From Amoebophrya sp. A120 (lineage: Eukaryota; Protista; Dinoflagellata): DNA of 64,000 bases. Made by a program: the position numbers and the translations under genes. Positions 12,801 to 24,300 of the stretch are shown here, one piece after another (position 1 is the stretch's first letter; every line of letters starts with the position of its first letter). Below the pieces are notes generated by a model that was given only the letters and a program-made list of their open reading frames with translations, was not told the origin of the DNA and did no database searches. The stretch lies in NCBI GenBank assembly GCA_905178155.1, contig CAJINV010000019.1, forward strand, positions 852,913 to 916,912. Direction: 5' to 3'.

Positions 12801-15202
12801 GCACTGTTTCGTCCTGGCGGCCAGTAACTTGGTTTGCGTATTTCTGTTCAACATACGCCGGTGGATTTTGGCCAAAGTAAGGCGTGTCTGCGCCGTACTG
12901 TGTGGGAGAGTGGACAAGGTAGGGCTCATCTTCCTGAGCTGTTGACAGTTCCTGCTGCTGCTGCAGGTGTAAAAGTTGTCTTCTTTGTTCTAGCCGCAGG
13001 TCTCTCAAACCATGTTGCCCTCTAGCCGTATGGAGTTCCCAAACGTCGCAGTATGGCAGCTGTTGTTCCATCAGTATTTGCCGTGCACCAGAAGCTCTGA
13101 TGTCACAGTCCGCGCGATCAAGCTGCTTCGCGTCGCAAGTTTGCGACGCGCTCTGTGATGCAAGACTGGAAGGACCTGAATTTCAGCCTTCAGGTCCTTC
13201 TAGTCTTGCATCAAAAAAGCATGCAACAAGAGAAACACACGTAACGTTTGAGAACGCCATAAGCCGCAGCGACGGTCGCAGGACGTTGCTGATTTAGATG
13301 CCTATTGAGGAGAGCTGCTGCCGGGGGCGTGGTTCCACCAGGAGCCCCTGCTCGTCCGCCACTCGCAGTTGCCCCCCGGGTGGCTGAAGCTCTTCGCTGG
13401 AGATTCAATTTTCTCGCCGCAGCGGCGGCCTCCAGATACGTGCTCACCCGTTGGTTGTGCACTTCCGACGTGAGGTATGCAATGCAAATTATAACCAATC
13501 GCGTACATGTACAAGATGAAAATTCCTGACAAACTTCTTCGCCAATGTAAACACTTGTCATCCTAATAAACTGGGATCGCCGGCAAGGCTTACCATGCAG
13601 AAACCGCATTTCCATTTGTACGTCGTGCACGGGAAATTATTCTTTCACTGTGGATATGGAGGGACCGGGTTTCAGGATGACCTGACTCCGACTACAGCTG
13701 CTGTCACTGACATTCCCGCTCGGGAAGGAGTCGTGCCGTCTTGCGGACAGAATAACGTCCTCATCGTCCGCGTCCCCGCCGTTACCAGACGAAGCGTCAT
13801 GATCATCAGCCTCAAGCTCCGTCGGAGGATCTTCTCCTGCCGCAGCCATCTCGGCGTCGGTATTGTACGTGGTCGTGGTCTGGGCGGATCCTGCTGTAGT
13901 GCCAGCGGTCGTTGGCGCCGCTGCTGCAACAAGCATATTTTTCGCGGTAACAACTCGCACGTCTGAGGACGACGACGCTGACGCAGGAACATTTTCAACT
14001 CTAGTGGGATAGAAGTTCCCGTGACGGTAAGTATGTTCTTGTTCGAGATGATTCATTTGATGTTCCAGTGTCACCTGTTCAACATCCAGGTGTCCTCTCG
14101 TGGTGTTCAGATTCGGTCGCGGCCGTCTCCGCGTCTCCCGTGGCGGAAAGGTCGCGCGCCGATTGAAATTTTTATAGCCTGTGCTGTTATTGGCCAGGAG
14201 CCCCTGCCTCCGCGCTCGGCTTTGCGGGGATGAGATCGTTGGCCCGCTGGAAAACCGCTGTGGCGTCTGAGTCTGAGCTGCAGCGGTAACCACACGGCTT
14301 CTGTAATTCAAATTCTGCTGAGGGTAAAGTGTGCTGGTAGCATGAGGGGCGGGGGCGAGGAAGTTGTGGTCAGCAGTAAAGGTAGTTCCCTGGTGATGTT
14401 GTCTGCTGGTAGAAGTTGTTCCGCCCAACATCCTCGTCATCATCCCGCTCTGCGACGGCGAGCTACCCCCTTCTATTGACGTTTGGGACGCTGCGCCGAG
14501 ACTCGAGGTTGCCCTTTCGATGACCGGCGGGCCGAGGCCCATTGCGGGGGGAGGTAGTTGCCCGGCTGAGTTTCGCGGTTGTGGGGGGCCAGGAGCAGCT
14601 GCAGCTTGGTGGGGACTTCTCGAGGGGGAGGGCTGGATTTGGTTTTGATATAGAAGAGCAGGGGGATCAACATAGGATGCTGAGCCAGATCCACCGCCAT
14701 CTGCTACTTCTCGGGGAGGAGCCGTGTTGTAGTTGATCATACCGCCACCTCCTCCACCAGCAGTCTCTGTAGTAGTTGCTCCAATTATGCCTGTGCCGGT
14801 CGTCGAAGCATGATCTTGTTCATGATGATAGTACGCGCCATAGTTTGGAGTCAGCACTTCTCGTCGTCCCCGTGCCGAGTTCGGCTGTTGTTGACCTGTT
14901 CCTGTACTACTGTACAACTCGACATGATCGCTTCTCCTGGAAACGAACCCCGCGGAAGTCGTGGCTGCACTCGTGGTCGCCGCTCCCTCAGAGAAAACGG
15001 AAACTTGTCGTGGGGGCATGAGTAGGGGAGCGGGGATCACGCTCGCATCACCACGGTCGACGGCGGGATATGACGTCGACAATCCGGGATCAGCACCGCT
15101 CGGTGGCAACGCAGAGTAGTAGGTCGTGTAGTCACCTGCTCCGATGTGGCTGTCCCGTACGACGCACGCCGTGAAGGCGTCCTGAAACCATTTCAAAATC
15201 AT
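9889..15202 (-). CDS. Large low-complexity (Q/T/G/S-rich) hypothetical protein interrupted by 8 introners
   Basis: ORFs 13637-15241, 13211-13630, 12667-13071, 11912-12514, 10310-11164 and 9889-10113; checked junctions join in frame after element + 5 bp removal (e.g. THEGIPTSVYYQQ, PGPSTSEVHNQ). Confidence 0.55.
10127..10338. mobile_element. Introner family E (TIR tatccaagaaaaaaaac)
   Basis: DR gaatc. Confidence 0.9.
11068..11388. mobile_element. Introner family C (TIR ...ggaaaaatcccccctccccata)
   Basis: DR gggat; begins TGT. Confidence 0.9.
11414..11558. mobile_element. Introner family A (TIR tat....tgcaaaagtatcgta)
   Basis: DR tcgac. Confidence 0.9.
11597..11741. mobile_element. Introner family A
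   Basis: DR gggat/gtgat. Confidence 0.9.
11803..12038. mobile_element. Introner family D (TIR tatggcgttctcaa)
   Basis: DR acagc. Confidence 0.9.
12503..12685. mobile_element. Old, diverged introner
   Basis: TIR tatccaccgcaaaacta / tagcttttgcgatgcata; DR not conserved but element + 5 bp restores frame. Confidence 0.65.
13029..13261. mobile_element. Introner family D (diverged)
   Basis: DR agccg. Confidence 0.85.
13476..13656. mobile_element. Old, diverged introner
   Basis: TAT...ATA ends, degenerate DR tgagg/tggag, frame restored. Confidence 0.6.
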
Positions 15203-16183
15203 GTTGCCGTGGTTCGCAGCGGGGGGTCGCGTATGTTGCAAAAAGTTTTATATCCAGGTGGAGTACCGTAGTTTTAGATCATGGTTTAGCTTTAGAAGCG
15301 ACCGATGAGCATAGTACTACTGGTGACACGCCCGAGGTCAATGTGTCGGTACCTCTGCACAAAAATTCAAATCTAGAAAAAGCTGGCTCCTTGCATCCAA
15401 AAAACTTTACCGGAAAGCGGAAACTTAGAGCTACGATCTTGTGTGTTCGCTTTCCAAAGGATCACTGCTATGGTATAAACACAGTCCAATCGTGTTTCAC
15501 GAGCAAGACCATGATCAACCTTTCACTGGCAAAACCTGATCACACCCCAGAATTCCTGTTTCTCTAATGGATCCAGCAGGAATCTTCATCCAAACGCGCA
15601 GAACAAGTCCCGGATGTTGGTAGTTGATGAAAGCAGCAGCACATGTTATCAGGTAAGATTTGTCTTCTGCCATCTTCGCACGAACGCCAGCACAGTTCCT
15701 GCGGTTCATGCAGTGCCTGCAAGTAACAAGAAGAACGCAACATCACACTATCCTCGACGAAACAGTCTGCAGCAAGCCCGGCGCAACCTGGTGAACAAAT
15801 ACGGGGCACCTGTTTGTGCGCAGAAATTTTTTTTTATCTTATATCACGCACAAACAGGAAGAAGGACAACATTTTGCTATTTCGATTTCATCTGTGTCTT
15901 CGTCAACAAAGTGAAGTCGTGTCTCCGGACTTACTCGGTCTCTAACTCTATCTGGTCGTGTTCGTCTTGCTTCTTTGCGAAGATTCTACTACATGCCTAG
16001 CTAATGCGAAGCAAGTGCATTTCGCAGAAAGCGGGAGTCAGAATCTTTCATATTTTTTATAGACTTTCCGTTTCGCTTTTACAAAGAAATTATGACGACA
16101 CTCCTGCTGCATCGCTATCGTTTTACACGTCGACGCCCAGCTCTTCTTCAATCATCTCTTAGTTGCGATCGTCGTTATTGTCC

Positions 16184-17776
16184 CTAGCTATGTGTTTTCG
16201 CAAATTCCACCGGACTTTCCAAAAACATCCTCCTCGCTTCTTGGTTTCGCCAAGCCCACTCGGCAAACTGCAACGGGGAAACGGAACATTTAATTTTCTT
16301 TTGATGCGACAGGACACCGGCACTCTTCTCCTCGTCAACATGTAGTTCCGGCCGCGAACTAGATTCTAGTTCTGTACTACTACTTCTCACGCACGCCACA
16401 TGTACTTCATGATCGTCCTCGTCCTCCAAATTGAACATCATCCACAGATTGTTAACCAGCGACTTCGTTCTACTGCCCGGTCTGGCGGAAGAAGACACGA
16501 CACTTGTAGCACCAGATCCTGCTGCTCCAGAGGAAGCAGTTGCAGGAGATTTCCTGTCCTGTTTTGTCACCTTCGCCGCGGCGCGAAGCTTCACTTTCTT
16601 CGCCACTCCGACTAGTGTTTGAATCAAAATTTCCGCCTCGGTTTTAGACAAGAAGCCGTTCTCCCCCGTGAAATAAAACCAGCACAGGAAATCGGCCTTC
16701 CGGCGGCACAAAGCCTCGTCGCAGAGCTTCGTCGCCATTTCATCGCTGTTAGTTGTCATTGTGGTTGAGGTCACATTTCTCCCGTGTGCCTGATGTAGTG
16801 CTCTATGTCCACCCGCCATGATTACATCCTGTTCATGTTCCTCGCTTCTGTTGTAGTTCTTGGCGGCTGTGGGTAGTTCCTGTTTTTCCTCTGTTATTTT
16901 CGCAACCGCGATTATCGCAGGAAAAAACTGCTTCACTGTGATGATTTTGCAAGATCTGCATCACAAGTTTGTTACACATGGCGCAGAAAATTTGCGATGC
17001 GCACTTCCCAAGGGAAAACACCCTTCAAAACCCAATGTCTTGCATGTGTAGCAAGACAAATAGTTTTGTGTTCCATTCCATGCATCACAAGTTCACAGTG
17101 AAACAGTTTTTTCGTGGGATAGCGATCACGCAGGCCACGACGAAGAATTCAAACGCTGCGACGACAATCCCTCGACCTTGTAGTTCTCGTGCCGGTATGC
17201 ATTGCAAATATGTCTGGGTCTGGAAGAATCCGAACTTGTGATGCTGCATTTGGATTCCAAAAATATCTGTATTGCATAAGCAGCAAAGGGAACGCAGTTT
17301 TGGCTACGCGGAGAGGGCATTTGTCATGCAGAATAGACATCGCGAAGCCCTCAAAAAGTCTGTAATGCTAGGGCATGCATCACAGACATCAATCATGGCC
17401 CATGCAGAACGTGCATGACAAGTCTCAGAATCTTCCAGACCCAGACATTTTTACATTTGATAGCCGGCACCTTGCGACAGTGGTTTTTCGCGATAACCTC
17501 CATCCACGGCCAGGTTTCCTGCATTTCCTCGTCGATGGAGAAAAGCTGCTGGAACCCCAAGACGTCGCGCCAGTAAAGTGCCGCGAGCTCCACCTCGTGC
17601 ATGGTCGGTGGACGTACAACATCGATTTGATGAGAGGTTGTGGTGCTGTTGTGCAGCACGTCGGGTATGATCATGCGGTTGTCTGACGGACCGCCCGACG
17701 TAGCAGTTGTACCAGGAGCTGCCTGGCCAGATGAAGGTGAGCACGCAACTCCGGCGGTATTGCCAGCCATGGCCAT
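16184..17776 (-). CDS. Hypothetical protein, possibly degenerate EF-hand
   Basis: Two introners removed give ...KVPARELQGRGIVVAAFEFFVVACVIAVAKITEE...; KADFLCWFYFTGENGFLSKTEAEILI resembles an EF-hand region. Confidence 0.5.
16913..17121. mobile_element. Introner family I (TIR tatc....gaaaaaactg.ttcactgtga)
   Basis: DR gcgat. Confidence 0.9.
17196..17462. mobile_element. Introner family B
   Basis: DR gccgg. Confidence 0.9.
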
Positions 17777-18610
17777 GGCCTTGGTGATCTATAATCTTTG
17801 ATATCGGGCAAAGTAGAACTAGAAGGACGCGAGGTCTAGTATTCCATGCGTTCTTAGAAGGACATCTTAATACGATCTACCCATTTTTTTACTTTTTACC
17901 TGCACAGAATCTTCTAAATGACCTGCCAGGTTGGAATTGGAGGAACCTTGTCTAACATTCGACGTCGGCGAACTGGTGCCGGGTGCGAAATTATAATCAA
18001 AAAAAAAAAAACGTCCTCGGTAGAGAAGTACAACACTCGTTTATTCATCTCGGTATGACAGCTATGAGATGCAAAAAGCGAAGACGCGCGGAAGCAACAA
18101 GAAACATAGATATAGGAAGACGAAGAGGAACGAACATACAGGAGAAGAGAACTTCATATCGTGGCAACGCTGACGTGAGTATCTGCATCAAGCATCGCGG
18201 CACGGGAAATAGCAGGCAGCAAGAGCTCCACCACGCGCGTGTGCCCATGTAATGGTAGTTTCGTCGTGTGTATTTCATTGAGATAAAAAAATCGTCATTT
18301 CTTTTCGATGTGGCCACTGCTGCCAAGAATAGTCATTCATTTCTGGGAGGACATCCAGGTCAGAAGAACAAGAAAAATAAGACCGTCGTTGTATTATGAG
18401 CCAGCTGTTGTAGATGAAGCAGCAGTTGCGGATTAACTCCTGACTATAGAGAAAAAATAGAAAAGGCGTCGCTTGTCGTTACCTCATGGGAAGTTCGTCG
18501 TTCAATCTATGTCGTCGTTGTATTTTGGATATGAACTACGTTATGCAAAAACGTAAAGATGACGGTTCTTATCACCATGATCAGCTCTATCATGCAGGAA
18601 ACTACACCGT

Positions 18611-20574
18611 TTATCGCTTTTCCGCCAACTTCGGCCCTCCGTTATCTTTGTCCATCAAGTTCAAAAGCAGAGAGTCGGCGGACAAAACCAACCTGTTTTG
18701 CGACTTCGCCAGAGCATGCGCCACCTCCTTTGCGACATCAATCCGTCGCAATTCCACGAAACCCGGATTGTTCTTGATCGCTTGACCTGAACATGGTTTT
18801 TGCATACTATAATCGGAAAGTAAAGAGTTTGTATTTTTTGACGTTGTGTCTTCATGGTGACCGCATCCACCGCACCTGTAGAGGTGCTACTGCGAATAAG
18901 AACCTCCACGCGACACGAGGACCACAACACGGCCACACAAAAATTTGTACCGATCATCCTTGCGGCCTCCTGTTCACCCTGTGCCTTGATCACGATGTTC
19001 TTTTTCTCTTCCTGTGCCTTCAGCACGCGGAACCTCGCGCGCTTATGGGATTCTCAATTGTTACATTCTCAACTGTTACATGCATTTGTAATGCAACAAT
19101 AGCAAAAGTCAAAGGGGGACAATTGCACCTCTAGCATTACAAATTCCGCATAGAGTTCAATGCTGTTTAGCCCTCCGGAAATTTGTCATGCGAAGTCGCT
19201 TCACCCTGTGGAAGAAAGCTGATGTTGACTTTGCATGACAAACCGTGTAACAGTTGAGAATGTAACGTTTGAGAACGCCATAGCGCTCCGCCTGCTGCTG
19301 CGCGACCTGCTTGGACTCCACCGCTTTCTCATACTCTGGAGAGAATCCGACGTGCGTGATGTATCCAGGAAAAAAACGTTGTTAGTGTAAATTTGTGATG
19401 CGCAACATTCAAGCTGATTGCGTCTGTCATGCTTGGCATGCATCGTAGGGTTCATTAAAGGGCGTTTTCACGTACTATCTGCGCATGACAGGTTTCTGCT
19501 GTCATGCCAGACAAATTTGTGACGCTGTTCCTCCAAAAAAGTTACACCTACAATGTTTTTTTCTTGGATATGATGGAAACATCGTCCAGTAAGATGTTAA
19601 AATCCCGGGCGCGTTTGGTGAGCCGGTCCCGGATCAGGCTGGACACCCTCTCACGCTGTTGCACCAATTCGGAGGCATTGAATTGGGCCACGACCGATTT
19701 CAAAATCTCGTTCACAATGGAAGGAAGAACCTGGTGGGACAATCATTTTAACTTTTAGTTCTGATGAAATACGACTCGTGTTGCCTAGGAAATGATGACC
19801 AGTGTGCTGCTGCTTCTGGTCCTGACCCTGAGGTTGCTGTGCAAGTGCATAACAAATTGGCAGTGCGGAAGCAAACCGCTAGAAGTACCTTCTCGTCGTA
19901 ATTGAGGCCGAGGTGTGTGTAGATCTGTGGTAGATTTGTCTCGTCGGGCCGAACCAAAGTACCTGATAATGTTGGAAGGAATTTCTTTTATCAAGTTTGC
20001 CCTTGAGAGTACTGCTCCACATAGGCAAATTACATTTTTGTTTTTCAATCATGCGTAACTCGCAACAAGCAGAAGCAGCACAATTATAAAACATTTCCTT
20101 ACGGACGGATATGTTGACCATCTGCAAGTCTCGGGATCCGGTAAGGGACACGATTGTCCTTGGCCTAGTTCTGATATCATAGATAATTGGCCGCTCGAAA
20201 TACGGCATCAGGAAGTGCGTCCCCTCTTCGTAGTGCTGTTTTTTTGATTTTGAAAGTCCACCAACATCAACAAGTGGCTGTGGTTGATGCTCTTTGTTAA
20301 TATATATGAAGGACTAGTAGTACACGCCTTAGGTTGAATTGCACGGAAAGGTTTCATCGCTTTTGTCATGCAATACGACCTAGATCCCTTCCAATACCTC
20401 AGTCCCGATCCCGCTCAATCTGGAGAATTTGATCGCCCTGTGACCTGCTTCCACGTTGTACAAACAGTTGTTTGCTGTGTAAAACAAACCGCCCAGTGCC
20501 ATCGTCCCACCAATCAAGGGTCCCAGCGTTTGCTGCATGGCAGCGCCCATCTTGCCCGGGTCGAATTTCGCCAT
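18611..20574 (-). CDS. PHB2: Prohibitin 2 (SPFH domain)
   Basis: [93 protein letters not shown]; canonical introns plus 2 introners. Confidence 0.93.
19044..19282. mobile_element. Introner family D in PHB2
   Basis: DR gcgct; restores QQAERARF. Confidence 0.92.
19362..19570. mobile_element. Introner family E in PHB2 (opposite orientation to 10127)
   Basis: DR tgatg; restores DDVSITH. Confidence 0.92.
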
Positions 20575-21395
20575 GATGTTGTTTCAAAAATCGCGAGCTC
20601 CTTTCGTCAAATTAATATTATGCTTAGTGGTTGTATGTACAACAGCTGCAATCAACACGTAAAACTATTTTATTTCGACATCTACTTGCAACTCTGAGGA
20701 ATGGAGGAAGGCATCCTTATCGCTTCATCTTCGGAATGATGTACTTACATATTCTTGTCGGTGGACTGCAAAAATATAAAGAAGAAACACGAGGAGGCAG
20801 TGATCGTCACAAAGGAAAAAGAAAACTGCGAAGCAAGAGGCCACTTTGTTCCGCGCAGATAAATCTTCATACCTTCTACTTACAACGTGCGCCTTCGCAA
20901 TCCAGTCAAGATCTGCTTCGCATCAATCTTCGAGCGGTTCTATCTTGGGATCGTTGTCTTGCAAATAAAGTATCGTGTGCTGCCGTAAGGAAAATCGGAG
21001 AAGAGTACTAGATCCTCATCCTTGTTTGAGAACGCATGCGACGATAGAAAAACAAGCACTTGCACCCTAATAATGAACATAAAAGTGCTGCAATTCTCGC
21101 AAAGCCGATCTTCCAAATATCGAGCTCAGACGGCAGCTCACCTATGTCCTTCGTTGAGACGGGGAGCTCTGTAGTCAAGAAGTGCCAGGAAGAAGAAGTC
21201 CAACTTCGCTGCACGACTCTGCTAGTACTTAATCCTTGTCGTAGTCGCTTAAGTTGTTATTCATCCTTTTCGCCCTTCAACATGATCTACGTCGTGCTGT
21301 CGCTATAACGCTTGTGGCCCTTCCAATAGAATTCGTACAACGCCTCCTCAGCAAGGGACCTCGTCAATAGGGGGTGTCAGGACCCCTGCTGCAGC

Positions 21396-24300
21396 TCACC
21401 CGAGCTGCTGGTAATGAGGATTGTTGTACGCGTTGGCTGGCACGCCGGTCGCTTGCTGCTTCTGTAGTATTGACACGCCGTTGTTCAGGGTTGCTACTGA
21501 CAGTTCCTTCAGTGCGTCTTATGAATTGCAAAAGTATCCGATACTTGTATAAATGCATGACAGATTCCCTCAGCATGAGACATAAAATCTGTAATGCGGC
21601 TTTACCTTGAGAAAAAAATTTGTAATGCACAACTGCAATTACGAATACGAAACTTTTGCACAGGATACGTCCTTTAACACGTTGATGTTGTAATCCATCA
21701 AATGCTATCAAATGTAAAAATGTCTGGGTCTGGAAGATTCTGAGACTTGTCATGCATGTTTTGTATGACCCAGAATGTCTGTAATGCACGACCTAGCATC
21801 ACAGATTTTTAGAGGGCTTCCTGATGCCTATTCCGCATTACAAATGCCCTCTCCACGTAGCACAGTCTGGGCTCCTCTTCCTGGTCATGCAATACAGATT
21901 TTTTTGGATTCCAAAGATAGCATGACAAGTTGCATTCTTCCAGACCCAGACATTTTTACATTTGATAAATGCTGCCGGTCGAAATTCTCTTCGCGGATAA
22001 GGTATAACAGTGCACACCCCCCTCCCCCTCATTTGTGTAGCATGAACGGCAAGACAAGCATCAGCAAGAGTGCCGGTTTTGCATGGCAAATTTGCATTTG
22101 GGCTACCAGAACTTGTCATGCAAACAGTGCCACGATGCACCAAAGGGTGGATTGGGTATTCTGCATGACAAATGGGGGGAGCGGGAAGGGGAGCTGTGCA
22201 CCGTCATATAATGCACGCGAAAGCTAGGAACTGCTCCACTTGCTTCAGGTACAGGAGAAGACCTAGTGGTGATCATGTTGTTGCTTGTAGTGTTTTCAAT
22301 GGATACAGCTGCACACGAATGTTGCACTTGATTCATTTGCTCTCAACATGATCCCTGCAATGCGAATGGTGCATTTTTCGCATTGCGATTGCTGCATCAT
22401 GAATGACACTGTCCACTTCTCCCTGCTGCATCTGCAAGCCCATCAAAAAAAAAAACAAACAAAACCAACTACAGTACCGTTCGTCATCTGTATGATGCAG
22501 CTCGACTTGGAATCGATCGTAATTCCCGCGTACGCATCTCCTTCCTCCGTGGTCAGGCCATAGATGCAACTGATGTCGATCGCCACGTCGATCATGTCTG
22601 AGCACAACTCGTAGCACTGGTACGTCGGATTGTCGTCCGCGCCGCTGTCTGTGGCGATGTAGATTTTGGACACCACATCGAACAAAAAACCCTTCTCCAT
22701 CCGGCAGTTGGTCACTAACAAATCGATCAACTGCTCTAAAACCGGGAGTTCCGGGATGAGTTTCTGCACGACTTTGCTCATCGCCTCGAAAACCGAGTGA
22801 TCATAGATAGAAGTTGCGTGAAAGGTGACGTGCACGTTCGGACACGTTTCGTACAAATGGTAGTCGTCGATAAGTTTCTGGTATGCAGTGCAAAAGTATC
22901 GTTAACTCGTACTGATTGCAGTCACGCATTGCAAATCCCTTTCTCATTATCAAAAAATCAGCACTACAAATTCCACTTCTGATGCTGAGGACATAAATTT
23001 GTCATGCTATTCATACATACTAGTACGAAGATACTTTTGCAGTGAATATCTGGTGGATTTCCTGCTGCAGCTCCTGCTTGTTCTCTTCTTGGATGAAATA
23101 GTCCCCGTCGGTCTTATATCCTGTGCAAAAGTATCGGACTGGTAGTAATTGCAAATATGCATGACAAATCTCCGTCACAACGCAAAACAGCATGACAAAT
23201 TACATTTCTCATTTTTTTTTTTTTTTATAAAAATTACTGACAAAAGGCATATAAAAGTCTTAATAACGACGGAGAAGGATGGCCATGGCTTCTGCTTTTC
23301 TCGTCGTCCTCAAAACTTCGCTCTTCCTCTTGTGTTCGTTTAGCATGCGCCCGCTGGATTTGAACTCATTGGGTTGCGTGTTTGCAGTTGGAGATACAAC
23401 CCCCAGGTCCTTGCTCAAATGTGCTATTCCTCATTTGCACGGTCCCTCACATTCACGTCTGCGGTGGAACGGACGCCCGGGATGACACTGCCTGCTAACT
23501 CCTCCCCCCACTGTAATCGGGGTTCGGAGAAAGCAACTCAGCGCCAAAAGTCAGATCGTTAAGACTCTTAGTGCTGGTTGAAGGTTCTTCGGCAATGTCG
23601 CTCTACCTTTTCCACTGTTTAGTCTTCACTGTTCAACCCCCTTCATTCGATATTTTGGAAGAGAAGACGCTTACTCACCATTCCAGTCTGTTCGGTTGTA
23701 CCGCGCTGCCAACAGCACAACCACATCCAGTGACTGGCGCATGGCTTTTAAAGTCCCTTCTTTACAACAAGCCGGAGAGGAAAATAAATAGAGAAGAGTC
23801 TGAAAAAAAAAGACTTCTCACACATGCCTAAAATTGATGGACACAAGGTCCTTCTACACCTTGGAGATTCAGCATCTTGATCTTGGTGAACTTTCGTTAC
23901 TTAGGCAGGATCTGTCTAGCTAGCTTTAGAATTATATGAGCAAGCTCGCCTTGGCATGTCTGATCTATTTGAACTTCACAAAAATATATAAGAGTCATAC
24001 TTCCCTGCGTCTTCCGTGATCTGTTGATCCATTGTTTCTAAACTTGTACCTCCGGGGCAGGAGGGCTCCCGGGTTTAGAAGAGCTGTTTTCGGCACGTCT
24101 TTCGCTCTGTAGCCGGTTTGATCATGCTCGTGCCGCCAATTCCCGTTTTCTGGCCTTTCGGGGTGATAAAAGAAAAGCGCTCTGCGCCAGCACTTTTTTG
24201 GTCGCAGTTTTCGTCTCGGTGGTCTATGAAAAACTTCCACCTCTTTCCGTTTATTTTCATATATAAAAAACACGTCTCTTCTGCAGCACATGAGCGTCAT

